Positions 23,780-24,247 of a stretch of DNA of 24,247 nucleotides are shown piece after piece. Origin of the DNA: a virus (lineage: Duplodnaviria > Caudoviricetes); IMG/VR virus record IMGVR_UViG_3300042363_001587, positions 1 to 24,247 of that record. The stretch is one strand, 5' to 3'. Position 1 is the stretch's first letter; each line of letters opens with the position of its first letter. A program made the position numbers and the translations under genes. A model generated the notes under the pieces. The model was not told the origin of the DNA and did not search any database. It saw nothing but the letters and a program-made list of their open reading frames with translations.

Positions 23780-24247
23780 CTACGCGGCCGCGCGAGGCTC
23801 GCCTGGAGCGCTGTCGCCGTCAGGGTTCGACGCGGTGGCCGACGCACGCACGCTTTCGAGACGTGGGCCGAGTTCTCGCGGGAGGGTGTCGATCTCTGTC
23901 ACCGACGGGACATTGTCTCGCGCGCGTACGCCGAGTTCTTCGAGTCGGCGCACGACCGGCAGCAGTCGGCTTTCGAGTGACGCGGTGAGCCCGTTGTATG
24001 CGGCCACCGAATCGCTGAGGTGGCGCTGGAGACGGGCCACATGGCCGATCACGACAGACATCCGCTCTAGCGTGTCCGTGCCGAGTTGCTCGATCTCGTC
24101 GGCCCGTCGGTCTCGTCCGTCCTGTCGCCACAGCTGTTCCACCACGCTCAAGGTCACGAGCAGGGTTGTGGGGGTCACCAGGTGAACGCGGCGCGAGGCG
24201 GCGTGCTGTAGAACCTGTGAATCCCGCCGAAGCGCTGCCTCAAGCAC
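23780..24247 (-). CDS. rmuC: RmuC-family protein, C-terminal part (starts outside window)
   Basis: V.LVTPTTLL..L..V...WRQ, AYN....SLESRLLP..RRLEELGV motifs. Confidence 0.8.
   Translation of the reverse strand: MLEAALRRDSQVLQHAASRRVHLVTPTTLLVTLSVVEQLWRQDGRDRRADEIEQLGTDTLERMSVVIGHVARLQRHLSDSVAAYNGLTASLESRLLPVVRRLEELGVRARDNVPSVTEIDTLPRELGPRLESVRASATASNPDGDSAPGEPRAAA

Overview
High-GC window with two parts. 1-~19300 is most of a lambda-like (gpA/Nu1, cos-type, siphovirus) prophage, encoded entirely on the minus strand. In transcription order it carries two tiny membrane ORFs, a DUF1376/YdaU-type replication initiator with an internal repeat cluster, a helicase-loader-like gene, a RusA-like resolvase, a displaced gpZ-like gene, a run of small accessory ORFs, a candidate cos site, both terminase subunits, an inserted wHTH gene, gpW, portal, S49 protease with a nested scaffold, head decoration protein, gpE major capsid, head-closure and tail-terminator genes, tail tube, tail chaperone and the start of the tape measure. 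At 19305-19347 is the 3' half of a tRNA-Pro(GGG), starting at the anticodon loop: an att core, most simply attR. To its right are a terminator, a divergent tyrosine recombinase with an internal duplication, a hypothetical gene, an HTH gene, a degenerate ECF-type sigma factor and the 3' end of an rmuC-like gene, probably a second island at the same tRNA. Four observations stand out: (1) the wHTH protein ends in a near copy of the terminase C-terminal tail and sits beside two palindromic 25-bp repeats in front of the head genes; (2) the att core lies directly upstream of the coupled replication operon, with no cI/cro, and appears to cut a gene; (3) the major capsid protein has an ~85-aa membrane-anchor-like leader; (4) the recombinase has a duplicated half catalytic domain. 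All family assignments come from motif recognition by eye; no searches were run.
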